IMG/VR virus record: IMGVR_UViG_3300045988_067813
Span: 1,036 to 65,035 of that record
Source of the DNA: a virus
Direction: 5' to 3' (one strand)
Length of the DNA stretch: 64,000 nt
The translations under genes and the position numbers were made by a program. Numbering within the stretch: position 1 is the first letter of the stretch; every line of letters begins with the position of its first letter. The notes under the pieces were generated by a model. The model had not been told where the DNA came from. It searched no databases and saw only the letters and a program-made list of their open reading frames with translations. Below, one piece after another: positions 17,814 through 24,712 of this stretch.

Positions 17814-18098
17814 ATGGCTAACAAAAAAGAACTATTTGTCTCACTCGCTCAAGAACTTGGAATTGAATTACCAACTGACTTTCTTGAACCACGTTACATT
17901 ATCTTCGTAGGTAAGAAACCACGTCGTGTTAAAGCACCATACATTGCTATCAATGCTAATGGAGAGCTTTCTGGATTCACAGAAGAAGCTGACGTACTTG
18001 GTCATGGTACTGACAAGATTGGTAAATTCACTCTTGCTGAAATCGAAGAACGTTTCCCTCAATTCAATCATGAAGCGTTCCTAGTTAAAGTAGATTAA
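17814..18098 (+). CDS. hypothetical, probably highly expressed 94-aa protein
   Basis: Strong RBS (aaggaggttagcacaATG), its own promoter and its own terminator. All four Arg codons are CGT and many codons are C-ending (ttc, atc). Confidence 0.65.
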   Translation: MANKKELFVSLAQELGIELPTDFLEPRYIIFVGKKPRRVKAPYIAINANGELSGFTEEADVLGHGTDKIGKFTLAEIEERFPQFNHEAFLVKVD

Positions 18099-18105
18099 AG
18101 GAGAT

Positions 18106-18140
18106 AGGCTACATAGTTTATCTGTGTAGCCTTAACTTTT
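18106..18140 (+). terminator. rho-independent terminator
   Basis: aggctaca (18106-18113) pairs with tgtagcct (18125-18132), 8 bp, followed by taactttt. Confidence 0.6.
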
Positions 18141-18142
18141 AT

Positions 18143-18301
18143 ATGGAATGTAAGATTTTTGAAGATAAAAGTAGGCATGACCTTGAAAAAATGATAAATG
18201 AATTTATCAAATACAAGGTAGATGTAAGTATATCAATAACTTCTACTAAGTGGGGATACTCTACATACTATACAGCTATTGTTTGCTATAAAGTGAGGTA
18301 A
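18143..18301 (+). CDS. small ORF (52 aa), Cse60-like pattern
   Basis: Own translation: MECKIFEDKSRHDLEKMINEFIKYKVDVSISITSTKWGYSTYYTAIVCYKVR. From memory, the K-x-F-x-x-x-x-H-D-L-E...N-E-F pattern resembles small Cse60-type proteins. No clear RBS. Confidence 0.3.
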   Translation: MECKIFEDKSRHDLEKMINEFIKYKVDVSISITSTKWGYSTYYTAIVCYKVR

Positions 18302-18304
18302 GAT

Positions 18305-18484
18305 ATGGCTAAAGATACTTTTACTAAAACGTTTAAAACAGCTAATCAAGAACAGTTTGATGCAAACTTAAACAAGTTCCTTAGTAGTGAAGATAAAATT
18401 GTCACAAGCGTTAAGTTTGGTGATGGTCGTGTAACTTTTAATGGAATTATTGTAGAAAAAGAAGAAGAGAAAAAAGATGCTTAA
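18305..18484 (+). CDS. small ORF (59 aa)
   Basis: Own translation: MAKDTFTKTFKTANQEQFDANLNKFLSSEDKIVTSVKFGDGRVTFNGIIVEKEEEKKDA. A GAGGT RBS is present. Its stop overlaps the DHFR start (ATGCTTAA). Confidence 0.4.
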   Translation: MAKDTFTKTFKTANQEQFDANLNKFLSSEDKIVTSVKFGDGRVTFNGIIVEKEEEKKDA

Positions 18485-18962
18485 GTTTATTTGGGCACAA
18501 GATAAGAATGGACTTATTGGTAATAAAGGGAGATTACCTTGGTCTAACAGCGCTGACCTTAACTACTTTAAAAACCAAACAACAGGTGGAGTAGTGGTTA
18601 TGGGTCTAGCTACATGGGTATCAATCGGAAGTAAACCTCTTAAGGGTAGAATCAATGTGGTATTGACACACAAAGATGAGATTGATGGCTATGATGATGA
18701 GAATGTTTACATTGCTAACTCTGTGGAGGAGGTCTTACAGTTTGAAAAAGAAACTGACCGAGATGTTTGGGTCATTGGAGGAGCAAGAACATTCAAAGCC
18801 TTTGAAGATTACTGTGAGGAAGTAGTAGTAAGTACCATTGATGGAGATTACAGTGGTGATACCTACTACACAGGCTTAAAAGATAAGCTCACAGAAGATA
18901 AAGTAGTAGTAACAACGAAAGGTGAAGGCTTCACTGTGAAGCACTATAGGTTAGTAGAATGA
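18477..18962 (+). CDS. folA: dihydrofolate reductase
   Basis: MLKFIWAQDKNGLIGNKGRLPW...ADLNYFKNQTTGGVVVMGLATWVSIG...GRINVVLT matches the canonical DHFR N-terminal signature. Confidence 0.85.
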   Translation: MLKFIWAQDKNGLIGNKGRLPWSNSADLNYFKNQTTGGVVVMGLATWVSIGSKPLKGRINVVLTHKDEIDGYDDENVYIANSVEEVLQFEKETDRDVWVIGGARTFKAFEDYCEEVVVSTIDGDYSGDTYYTGLKDKLTEDKVVVTTKGEGFTVKHYRLVE

Positions 18963-19261
18963 TTGAAGCACTTTTAGCAGTGATTACTGTACTGATTATA
19001 GCTCTGTGTGTATCCATTTACTTTCTAATAGTCCTACAAGGCTCTAAAACGTCTCTAGAAGACGATAAAGAGCATCTTGGACATATTATAAGCAACTACA
19101 GAAAAAGTGAAGAGAGACAAATTGAGAGCCTTCTAGGAGGTATTGATGGTGTCACTTCTGTAAGCCTATCTCCAATCCGTTACTTGGAGTTGATGAAAGC
19201 TGAGGAAGACTTGGCTGAATACAGACTAAAGATTAGGAAGATTGGAGATTATCATGAGTGA
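18959..19261 (+). CDS. hypothetical membrane-anchored protein
   Basis: ATGA overlap with folA. N-terminal TM segment LLAVITVLIIALCVSIYFLIVL. Confidence 0.5.
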   Translation: MIEALLAVITVLIIALCVSIYFLIVLQGSKTSLEDDKEHLGHIISNYRKSEERQIESLLGGIDGVTSVSLSPIRYLELMKAEEDLAEYRLKIRKIGDYHE

Positions 19262-19346
19262 TGACTTATATAAGTTACTAGAACAAGCTCTAATTGTTAT
19301 CTTTGCTCTCTCCGTGTTTTATATTGACAGACGAGGTAAGAAGTAA
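19254..19346 (+). CDS. 30-aa hydrophobic micro-ORF
   Basis: Own translation: MSDDLYKLLEQALIVIFALSVFYIDRRGKK. It overlaps the upstream stop, and its own stop overlaps the next start (TAATG), which suggests translational coupling. Confidence 0.35.
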   Translation: MSDDLYKLLEQALIVIFALSVFYIDRRGKK

Positions 19347-19732
19347 TGGGCGAAGATATTAGAAATCCAGAGCGCTATACACACACAAAATTAGAGTGTT
19401 GGGATTTTTGGTTAGATGCTATGCTCAATCCACTAATCTGCTCTGCTGTTAAGTATGTGTGGAGGTATAAGTACAAGAATGGTTTAGCTGACCTTGAGAA
19501 AACAATAGAATTTCTTGAGAAGGCTGAAAACTCAATGTTAGAAGTGTACTATACTGAAAAAGAGTATTACCTAGATGATGAAGATGTCAAAGATGGACTT
19601 GATGCTACTCAAATTCTTTTTATGAAAGGTGCTACCCTTACTACTAGAAGCTCTACATACCTAACAGGTATTGACATTATGAAATATGCCTTAGTAAAAC
19701 TTATAGAGGAATACAAAACAACAAATGACTAA
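19346..19732 (+). CDS. DUF3310-like protein
   Basis: NPERYTHTKLECWDFW...SAVKYVWRYKYKNGLADLEKTIEFLEKA fits the pattern P-x-x-Y...E...KY-x-x-R...K...DL-x-K, as I recall it for DUF3310. Confidence 0.5.
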   Translation: MGEDIRNPERYTHTKLECWDFWLDAMLNPLICSAVKYVWRYKYKNGLADLEKTIEFLEKAENSMLEVYYTEKEYYLDDEDVKDGLDATQILFMKGATLTTRSSTYLTGIDIMKYALVKLIEEYKTTND

Positions 19733-20243
19733 AATTGAATTAGCCCTTGTGATTATTGTAGCTGTGTACTTTGGATTGAATTTCTTTGTACACCTATATG
19801 AATTGCTACATAATTTCAAAGTAATTAAACTAAAGGTACGAGATGATGGTGTGAACCCTGTCAATCGTATTGTAGTTGGAGATTGGATTGACCTAGAATC
19901 CAACACAAAACTAAGCTATAAAGCTGGTGACACAGTAGTAATTGACTTTGGTGTAGCTATGGAGCTTCCTAAAGGTTATGAAGCACACATACTACCACGC
20001 TCAAGCACTTTCCAAAACACTGGTCTATTACTCACAAACAGTATGGGTGTCATTGATAACTCTTTCTGTGGAGATAATGACTTTTGGGGTGCTAAGTTCT
20101 ATGCTACTAGAGAAGGTAGCATTGAGAAAGGTCAACGCTTGTGTCAGTTCAGAATTATGAAGAACCAACCTGAGTTACATTTCAAGGAAGTATTGAGCCT
20201 TGGTAATGCTGACCGTGGTGGGTATGGTTCAACTGGAAAGTAG
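19725..20243 (+). CDS. dut: trimeric dUTPase with N-terminal hydrophobic extension
   Basis: dUTPase motifs: ILPRSS, GVIDNSFCGD, ADRGGYGSTGK. The first ~30 aa (MTKIELALVIIVAVYFGLNFFV) look like a TM helix. No internal Met start is available. Confidence 0.8.
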   Translation: MTKIELALVIIVAVYFGLNFFVHLYELLHNFKVIKLKVRDDGVNPVNRIVVGDWIDLESNTKLSYKAGDTVVIDFGVAMELPKGYEAHILPRSSTFQNTGLLLTNSMGVIDNSFCGDNDFWGAKFYATREGSIEKGQRLCQFRIMKNQPELHFKEVLSLGNADRGGYGSTGK

Positions 20244-20249
20244 GATAGA

Positions 20250-20993
20250 ATGAAGCTAAAGAAACTTAATAAAATTAAGCTACACACAATGACTGTGTTC
20301 TATGGAGCACCTGGGTCTGGTAAGTCTAGCTTTATCAACTCATTACCAGGTAATGTATTGATTATTGACACAGACCGTGGACTTGCTTCTGTGGAACAAG
20401 ATGACCGTTTCTCTGTAGCTGAGTGTACTAGCTGGAATGATGTGATTGAAGCTCTAAGCTTTGCTAAAGACTTTGATAGTATCGCTGTAGACCACTTATC
20501 TAATGTTCAAGAGCTTTGCTACAAAGATATTATGGAAACTAATAACGTCAAGAAAATGCTTATTAACCATTATGGTGAAGCATCTACTCGCTTGAAAGCA
20601 TTTATTGATGAGCTTGTGGACTTATCTTATCAAGGTAAGAATGTGTATGTTATTGCACAAGAAAAGAACTTGAACATTGAAGATGTAGTAGATGAGAATG
20701 TACCAGCACAGACTGTACCTAACCTTATGGATAGTGTGGCTAAGTACATTACAGCATCATCTCGTATCATTGGTCATACAGAGCGTGTGACTAAATCTAA
20801 GATTGTTAAGGGTGAGAAAAAGGTTAAGGACTTCTACCAAGTACGTCTTGCAGGAAATCCTATCTATACCCTTAAGGTAACTCGTAAGCCTGGTCTTACA
20901 ATCCCTGACACAATGGTTAACCCTACATGGGAAGCTGTTGTGGGATTGACTGATGGTAGCACACAAGCAAAAACGAAAGAGGTTAAAGAATAA
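20250..20993 (+). CDS. Sak4-like / AAA_24-type ATPase (recombination-associated)
   Basis: Walker A VFYGAPGSGKSS near the N-terminus. About 250 aa. Sits next to an acidic-tail protein, as in many phage recombination modules. Confidence 0.6.
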   Translation: MKLKKLNKIKLHTMTVFYGAPGSGKSSFINSLPGNVLIIDTDRGLASVEQDDRFSVAECTSWNDVIEALSFAKDFDSIAVDHLSNVQELCYKDIMETNNVKKMLINHYGEASTRLKAFIDELVDLSYQGKNVYVIAQEKNLNIEDVVDENVPAQTVPNLMDSVAKYITASSRIIGHTERVTKSKIVKGEKKVKDFYQVRLAGNPIYTLKVTRKPGLTIPDTMVNPTWEAVVGLTDGSTQAKTKEVKE

Positions 20994-21412
20994 TGTCAAT
21001 TATTACTGTACAAGCAACTAAAAGAGAAGATTTTGCCTATGAACCTGGAAGATATGAAGCGGTTATCCAAGGTGTAGAGCAGACTGTATCACGCTCACAG
21101 ATTGATATGGTTAAAGTAACACTTAAAGGTGACTTTGGTAAAAACGCTCCTCACACAATCACTTCATTCATGTTGGATAACAAGATTGGACGTGAACAAC
21201 TTTATAGCTTACTCTCAGCATTAGGTATGCAAGATGAAGAAGCTGTAGATACTGATGACCTTCAAGGTAAATATGTAGGTATTGTAATTAAAGAGGGTCA
21301 ACCTTATAATGACAAACCTTCATGGAACGTTGTAGACTTCTTTGCTCTTGATGAAGATGATTCTGATGATGACGTAGATGTAGACACAGACGATTGGTCT
21401 GATGCAGAGTAA
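20993..21412 (+). CDS. acidic-tail protein (DUF669/SSB-like position)
   Basis: TAATG coupling to the ATPase gene. Extremely acidic C-terminus: DEDDSDDDVDVDTDDWSDAE. Confidence 0.45.
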   Translation: MSIITVQATKREDFAYEPGRYEAVIQGVEQTVSRSQIDMVKVTLKGDFGKNAPHTITSFMLDNKIGREQLYSLLSALGMQDEEAVDTDDLQGKYVGIVIKEGQPYNDKPSWNVVDFFALDEDDSDDDVDVDTDDWSDAE

Positions 21413-21426
21413 TTAAATAGTAGGGT

Positions 21427-21596
21427 GAGTGACTAACAAACTAAACTATAACAGAAGAAAGATTTAATTTCTAATTAACACCTAGTCACTCCTCTCATAG
21501 AGCTGGTAGGAAACACTCCTTAATTTGTTAAATTTTCATGCTGATTTTACCTGTAATACGTTTTCCTTAAGCCATTAGCAGATTACCTGCCAGTTC
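21427..21596 (+). other. structured 3' UTR / candidate ncRNA
   Basis: Two long-range helices. gagtgacta (21427-21435) pairs with tagtcactc (21483-21491). gagctggtagg (21500-21510) pairs with cctgccagttc (21586-21596), 11 bp including G-U pairs. Confidence 0.35.
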
Positions 21597-21626
21597 CATG
21601 AGGGGAAGCCCTCGTCATGATTTTTA
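21597..21626 (+). terminator. rho-independent terminator of the recombination operon
   Basis: gaggg-gaag-ccctc core hairpin (21600-21613), with flanking catg/catg able to extend it, then tttttact (T5 at 21621-21625). Confidence 0.55.
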
Positions 21627-21848
21627 CTCTTAATATAATTCTAGCGTGGAAGGATTTTCCTTCCTAAATGCACACAATTATTTATGGTATCCTCTGTCTC
21701 CTGTTTTTTAAAAATGATTGTCATAAATAATAAATTATCAAAAGATTGAATAGCACTCTCAGGGTAAGTTTCAAATTCATAGTCAAATTCCAATACAGAA
21801 CGCTTTCGCTTTATAGTAATTAAATTGTGTGCATCTAGGAGGGTAAAT

Positions 21849-22751
21849 ATGTCAATAACATTAGATGGTCTTAAAGAGTATGTACTCCTAAGACGTGATG
21901 CCTTTGAATACAAGTATGATTTGAATGGTATGAAAAGAAACCCCTTGTACCGTAAGCACTATCCAAACAACCTTAAATACTTAGATAAAACTTCACAGAT
22001 TCTAATTAGGACAATGAACAATCACCCTGTACCTATTAGAGAGAAATTACTTACTGTGCTAGTGTATCGTTTTGTTGGTGATAAGGACTTTGTGAGAAGA
22101 CATACGAATAAGCAAGGTATGATAACACTCAAAGAGCTTAATATCTTGGCTAAGAAGCTAGACAATGAAAAGACTAGACTAGTACACAGATATGCAACAC
22201 CACTGAGCAAAAGAGGAATCACAGGGCTTAGTAGAGGAGAGTTCTTACTCGCTGTGGCTTGTGACTTCTTGGATAAACTTCCACCAGATAACTTCTACAA
22301 GTGGAAGACCTCAGAGATTGCTAGACAGTTCATTGAGTTTGAGAATGTATATGGAATCAGTTATACTATGGCTTATCAGTTAGCTTCTGATATAAGTTAT
22401 ATAAATGAGCTGTGTGTTAAGATTGATTTTATAAAGGCTATACCTGAGAGAGCTAGAGAAATGTTCTCTTACATTACAGGTCAACCTTATAGACTAGAAC
22501 GCTATGAACAATTCACCTATGAGTTTATGGATTGGTATGCAAACCAAGATTTTCTAGAGAATAAAGAAAGACTTGTGCTACCTCATGATGTTACACAAAT
22601 GTTGTTAGGATATAGGCTCTATACTTTTGGAGGAGCACTAATAACTAGACACAGAATAGAACGTAAGCCTAGAAGAATTACAGGTGGTATTGTTATTTCA
22701 AGGAGTATGTATGAGTATTATAAAGAAAGTGTGGATTCTAAAAAGGATTGA
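21849..22751 (+). CDS. hypothetical 300-aa protein (tentative aGPT-pyrophosphorylase-like, low confidence)
   Basis: Start moved to ATG 21849 (RBS taggagggtaaatATG). NPLYRKHYPNNLKYLDKTS and LLTVLVYRFVGD loosely resemble the F-x-N-x-x-R-x-L-D-R-x-T and R-F-x-N motifs I recall for thymidine-hypermodification pyrophosphorylases. Confidence 0.55.
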   Translation: MSITLDGLKEYVLLRRDAFEYKYDLNGMKRNPLYRKHYPNNLKYLDKTSQILIRTMNNHPVPIREKLLTVLVYRFVGDKDFVRRHTNKQGMITLKELNILAKKLDNEKTRLVHRYATPLSKRGITGLSRGEFLLAVACDFLDKLPPDNFYKWKTSEIARQFIEFENVYGISYTMAYQLASDISYINELCVKIDFIKAIPERAREMFSYITGQPYRLERYEQFTYEFMDWYANQDFLENKERLVLPHDVTQMLLGYRLYTFGGALITRHRIERKPRRITGGIVISRSMYEYYKESVDSKKD

Positions 22752-22938
22752 TGAGCTAGGTAATTGCTACCACACCTTAGAAATTAGTAATTATGTCACA
22801 CGGAACAAATTCATTAGAGAATGGATTGGAGATGAGACTGTGTACACAAGAACTAAAGAGGGTGACGTAGATATTATCCTTAAACGTAACGGAGAGGAGC
22901 TGTGGTACTATGAAGACTACCCAGAATCTTACCGCTGA
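22711..22938 (+). CDS. hypothetical small protein
   Basis: The ATG at 22711 follows an AAGGAG RBS. The track start at 22684 is upstream of it. Confidence 0.45.
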   Translation: MSIIKKVWILKRIDELGNCYHTLEISNYVTRNKFIREWIGDETVYTRTKEGDVDIILKRNGEELWYYEDYPESYR

Positions 22939-23182
22939 TAAAGCATCAGATAAGTATATAGAACTTGAGAAGCTTTATAAAGAGATTGGTAAGGAGATAA
23001 AAGAAACTCTTGACCACAGAAAGCTTAAGAAGCTCAGACGTAAACGTAAGCTCATTAGAGCTGAACAGAATATGCTTTACCCTTATATGGTCAACACAGG
23101 TTATGTAGCTTACACAGAGCATGTATTAGGTTTAAAGGGTAATCAAGCCCTATATGGCAGATATATAAGAGGTAAGAAATGA
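22910..23182 (+). CDS. hypothetical basic protein
   Basis: 90-aa ORF, lysine/arginine rich (KLKKLRRKRKLIRAE). Confidence 0.45.
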   Translation: MKTTQNLTADKASDKYIELEKLYKEIGKEIKETLDHRKLKKLRRKRKLIRAEQNMLYPYMVNTGYVAYTEHVLGLKGNQALYGRYIRGKK

Positions 23183-23466
23183 TAGACATTGAAATTCTAA
23201 GAAGAAAGGCTAAGAGAGGTATCTCATTCCCTAAGCAGACTCCACAGTGGGTTGAATTGTTTGGTGTGAGATGCCTAGCCATTGGATTTTATAGAGGTGA
23301 TGAGAGACGTATTCTATTTCTAGCTAATAAACCTACAAGTGGATTCCATAATGGACATAAGATATTTAAGTTTATTCTATCGCTAGAAGCTAGATGCTAT
23401 GAGCTACCATTCACAGGACAAGTAGACTTAGGTATAGAGAAGTTCTCTAGGGGGTTTTATATATAG
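23179..23466 (+). CDS. array B small paralog 1 (ends SRGFYI)
   Basis: ATGA overlap with the upstream ORF. Shares the LFLANKP / FH core with the following ORFs. Confidence 0.55.
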   Translation: MIDIEILRRKAKRGISFPKQTPQWVELFGVRCLAIGFYRGDERRILFLANKPTSGFHNGHKIFKFILSLEARCYELPFTGQVDLGIEKFSRGFYI

Positions 23467-23475
23467 GAGTATATA

Positions 23476-23787
23476 ATGGAAACATTAGATGAACTAATAA
23501 GAAAAATAGAAGATAATTTAGAAGAAGATTGGGTAAAGTTAAAAGAAATTCCAAAGAGGTGTATATTAAAGAAAGCCTATGAATTAGTAAATGTGCCTGG
23601 TTATTTTGTTACAATATATTATCCAGATAGTGGGGGTGAAGAGTTTTTGTTTATATCGGATGTAAAGAATAAACAAGAGTTTCATGATGCTCCTTCTTTA
23701 TTTAAAACAAAATGCTTTAAGCATAGGTGTAGATGGGTATGGGGAAATGACGTAGAAATTGAAGAGTGTAAGGGTTTTTACATTTAG
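23476..23787 (+). CDS. array B small paralog 2 (ends CKGFYI)
   Basis: IPKRCILKKAYELVNVPGYFVTIYYPDSGGEEFLFISDVKNKQEFH aligns with paralog 3. Confidence 0.6.
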   Translation: METLDELIRKIEDNLEEDWVKLKEIPKRCILKKAYELVNVPGYFVTIYYPDSGGEEFLFISDVKNKQEFHDAPSLFKTKCFKHRCRWVWGNDVEIEECKGFYI

Positions 23788-23801
23788 GAGAATATGATAC
23801 A

Positions 23802-24098
23802 ATGGATGAATTGTTTAAAACTATAAAAAGTAACTTAGCTTATTATTATAAGGTAAAACATAAACCTAAAAGGTGTTGTCTTAATGATTATCTTGGTTTA
23901 ATAAAAGAACCTGGATATGTTGTTAAACTAATTCATGATGATGGCTGTGTAGATTTATTATTTATAGCTGATGAGAGACAAAAGAAACAAATTTATGGCT
24001 ATGGTTTTATCATTGAACGGAGTGAAGCATTAGCTAGACGTTGTTTGTTATTAGAAGATAAGGCTGTTAAAATCATAGAGAAAGGACTATGGATATGA
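23802..24098 (+). CDS. array B small paralog 3 (ends EKGLWI)
   Basis: KPKRCCLNDYLGLIKEPGYVVKLIHDDGCVDLLFIADERQKKQIY. Confidence 0.6.
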   Translation: MDELFKTIKSNLAYYYKVKHKPKRCCLNDYLGLIKEPGYVVKLIHDDGCVDLLFIADERQKKQIYGYGFIIERSEALARRCLLLEDKAVKIIEKGLWI

Positions 24099-24379
24099 CG
24101 AATATAGAAAAAGTAATAAAAGCTATTAAAGAGAAAGGGTTTACTATTATACAATATCCTTGTGATGCTTCTATACAAAAGGAAGATGAGGAACAAGTAT
24201 TCTTTGGTAAAACTCCTTTTGGAGAAAATGTATATGAATTGTTTATAAATAATGAGCCTGATGGACGTAATTTCCATAATGGTTGCTCAGTGTTAGGTAG
24301 TCACAATAGAATACCAGATATAATATGGTTTAAAGAAGTACATGATAAAATAACTATACTTGGACAGTTTTATATTTGA
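24089..24379 (+). CDS. array B small paralog 4 (ends LGQFYI)
   Basis: YELFINNEPDGRNFHNG core. Same size class and the same C-terminal tail. Confidence 0.55.
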   Translation: MDMTNIEKVIKAIKEKGFTIIQYPCDASIQKEDEEQVFFGKTPFGENVYELFINNEPDGRNFHNGCSVLGSHNRIPDIIWFKEVHDKITILGQFYI

Positions 24380-24389
24380 GGGTATAAAG

Positions 24390-24683
24390 ATGGAAAAACA
24401 TCAAGAGGAATATTTAGAATTATTAAAAGATAAGTATGTAATAAATAATATCTACCAAAGAGTTACTTATAAAAGAGTTAAAGGTATAGTTGATATTGGG
24501 ATTGCAGTAGAAGTAAAAAATTTAGATACTGGGACAGTATTTGCAGTATTCATAGCAGACAAGCCAAGAAAGTATTTACATAAGTTTGCATCACGATTAG
24601 AGAGTGGACATCTACCACCTTGTGTGTGGCTTGCTAAATTATCTGATAAAGAATTTGAGATACATAAAGGATTCTTCATATAA
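24390..24683 (+). CDS. array B small paralog 5 (ends HKGFFI)
   Basis: Start moved to ATG 24390 (a GAGGG RBS). Core is VFAVFIADKPRKYLH. Confidence 0.55.
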   Translation: MEKHQEEYLELLKDKYVINNIYQRVTYKRVKGIVDIGIAVEVKNLDTGTVFAVFIADKPRKYLHKFASRLESGHLPPCVWLAKLSDKEFEIHKGFFI

Positions 24684-24685
24684 AA

Positions 24686-24712
24686 CAAAAGAGCCTAATT
24701 GGCTCTCTTTTA
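24686..24712. terminator. bidirectional terminator at the convergence of early (+) and late (-) blocks
   Basis: agagcc-taatt-ggctct (24690-24706), with an A run on the left and a T run on the right. Confidence 0.65.

Noticed and set aside
21641-21913. 90-aa minus-strand ORF in the region upstream of gene 21849.
   Set aside because: It starts at a TTG with no RBS, overlaps the RBS and start of the plus-strand gene, and its only internal ATG would give 27 aa. It is more likely non-coding promoter/leader DNA, though an antisense small gene cannot be fully excluded.
8133-24389. N-terminal extensions of track ORFs at 2612, 8133, 8938, 10685, 13339, 13778, 15160, 21825, 22684, 24360 (and 31535, 54667, 56470, 63672 on the minus strand).
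   Set aside because: The extended starts are non-ATG codons or overlap the preceding gene. Downstream in-frame ATG or GTG codons have clear AGGAG-type RBSs or stop-start overlaps, so the shorter coordinates were used.
4070-24688. Minus-strand ORFs scattered through the early block: 4070-4258, 5779-6048, 6095-6304, 8642-8902, 9522-9716, 9720-10133, 10153-10338, 11780-12178, 13363-13557, 15318-15584, 16943-17161, 17868-18071, 19691-19906, 20757-20999, 22022-22222, 23091-23282, 23999-24277, 24467-24688.
   Set aside because: Each lies wholly inside a well-supported plus-strand gene (polymerase, primase and others). None has an RBS or recognisable motif. They are typical antisense ORFs of AT-rich DNA.
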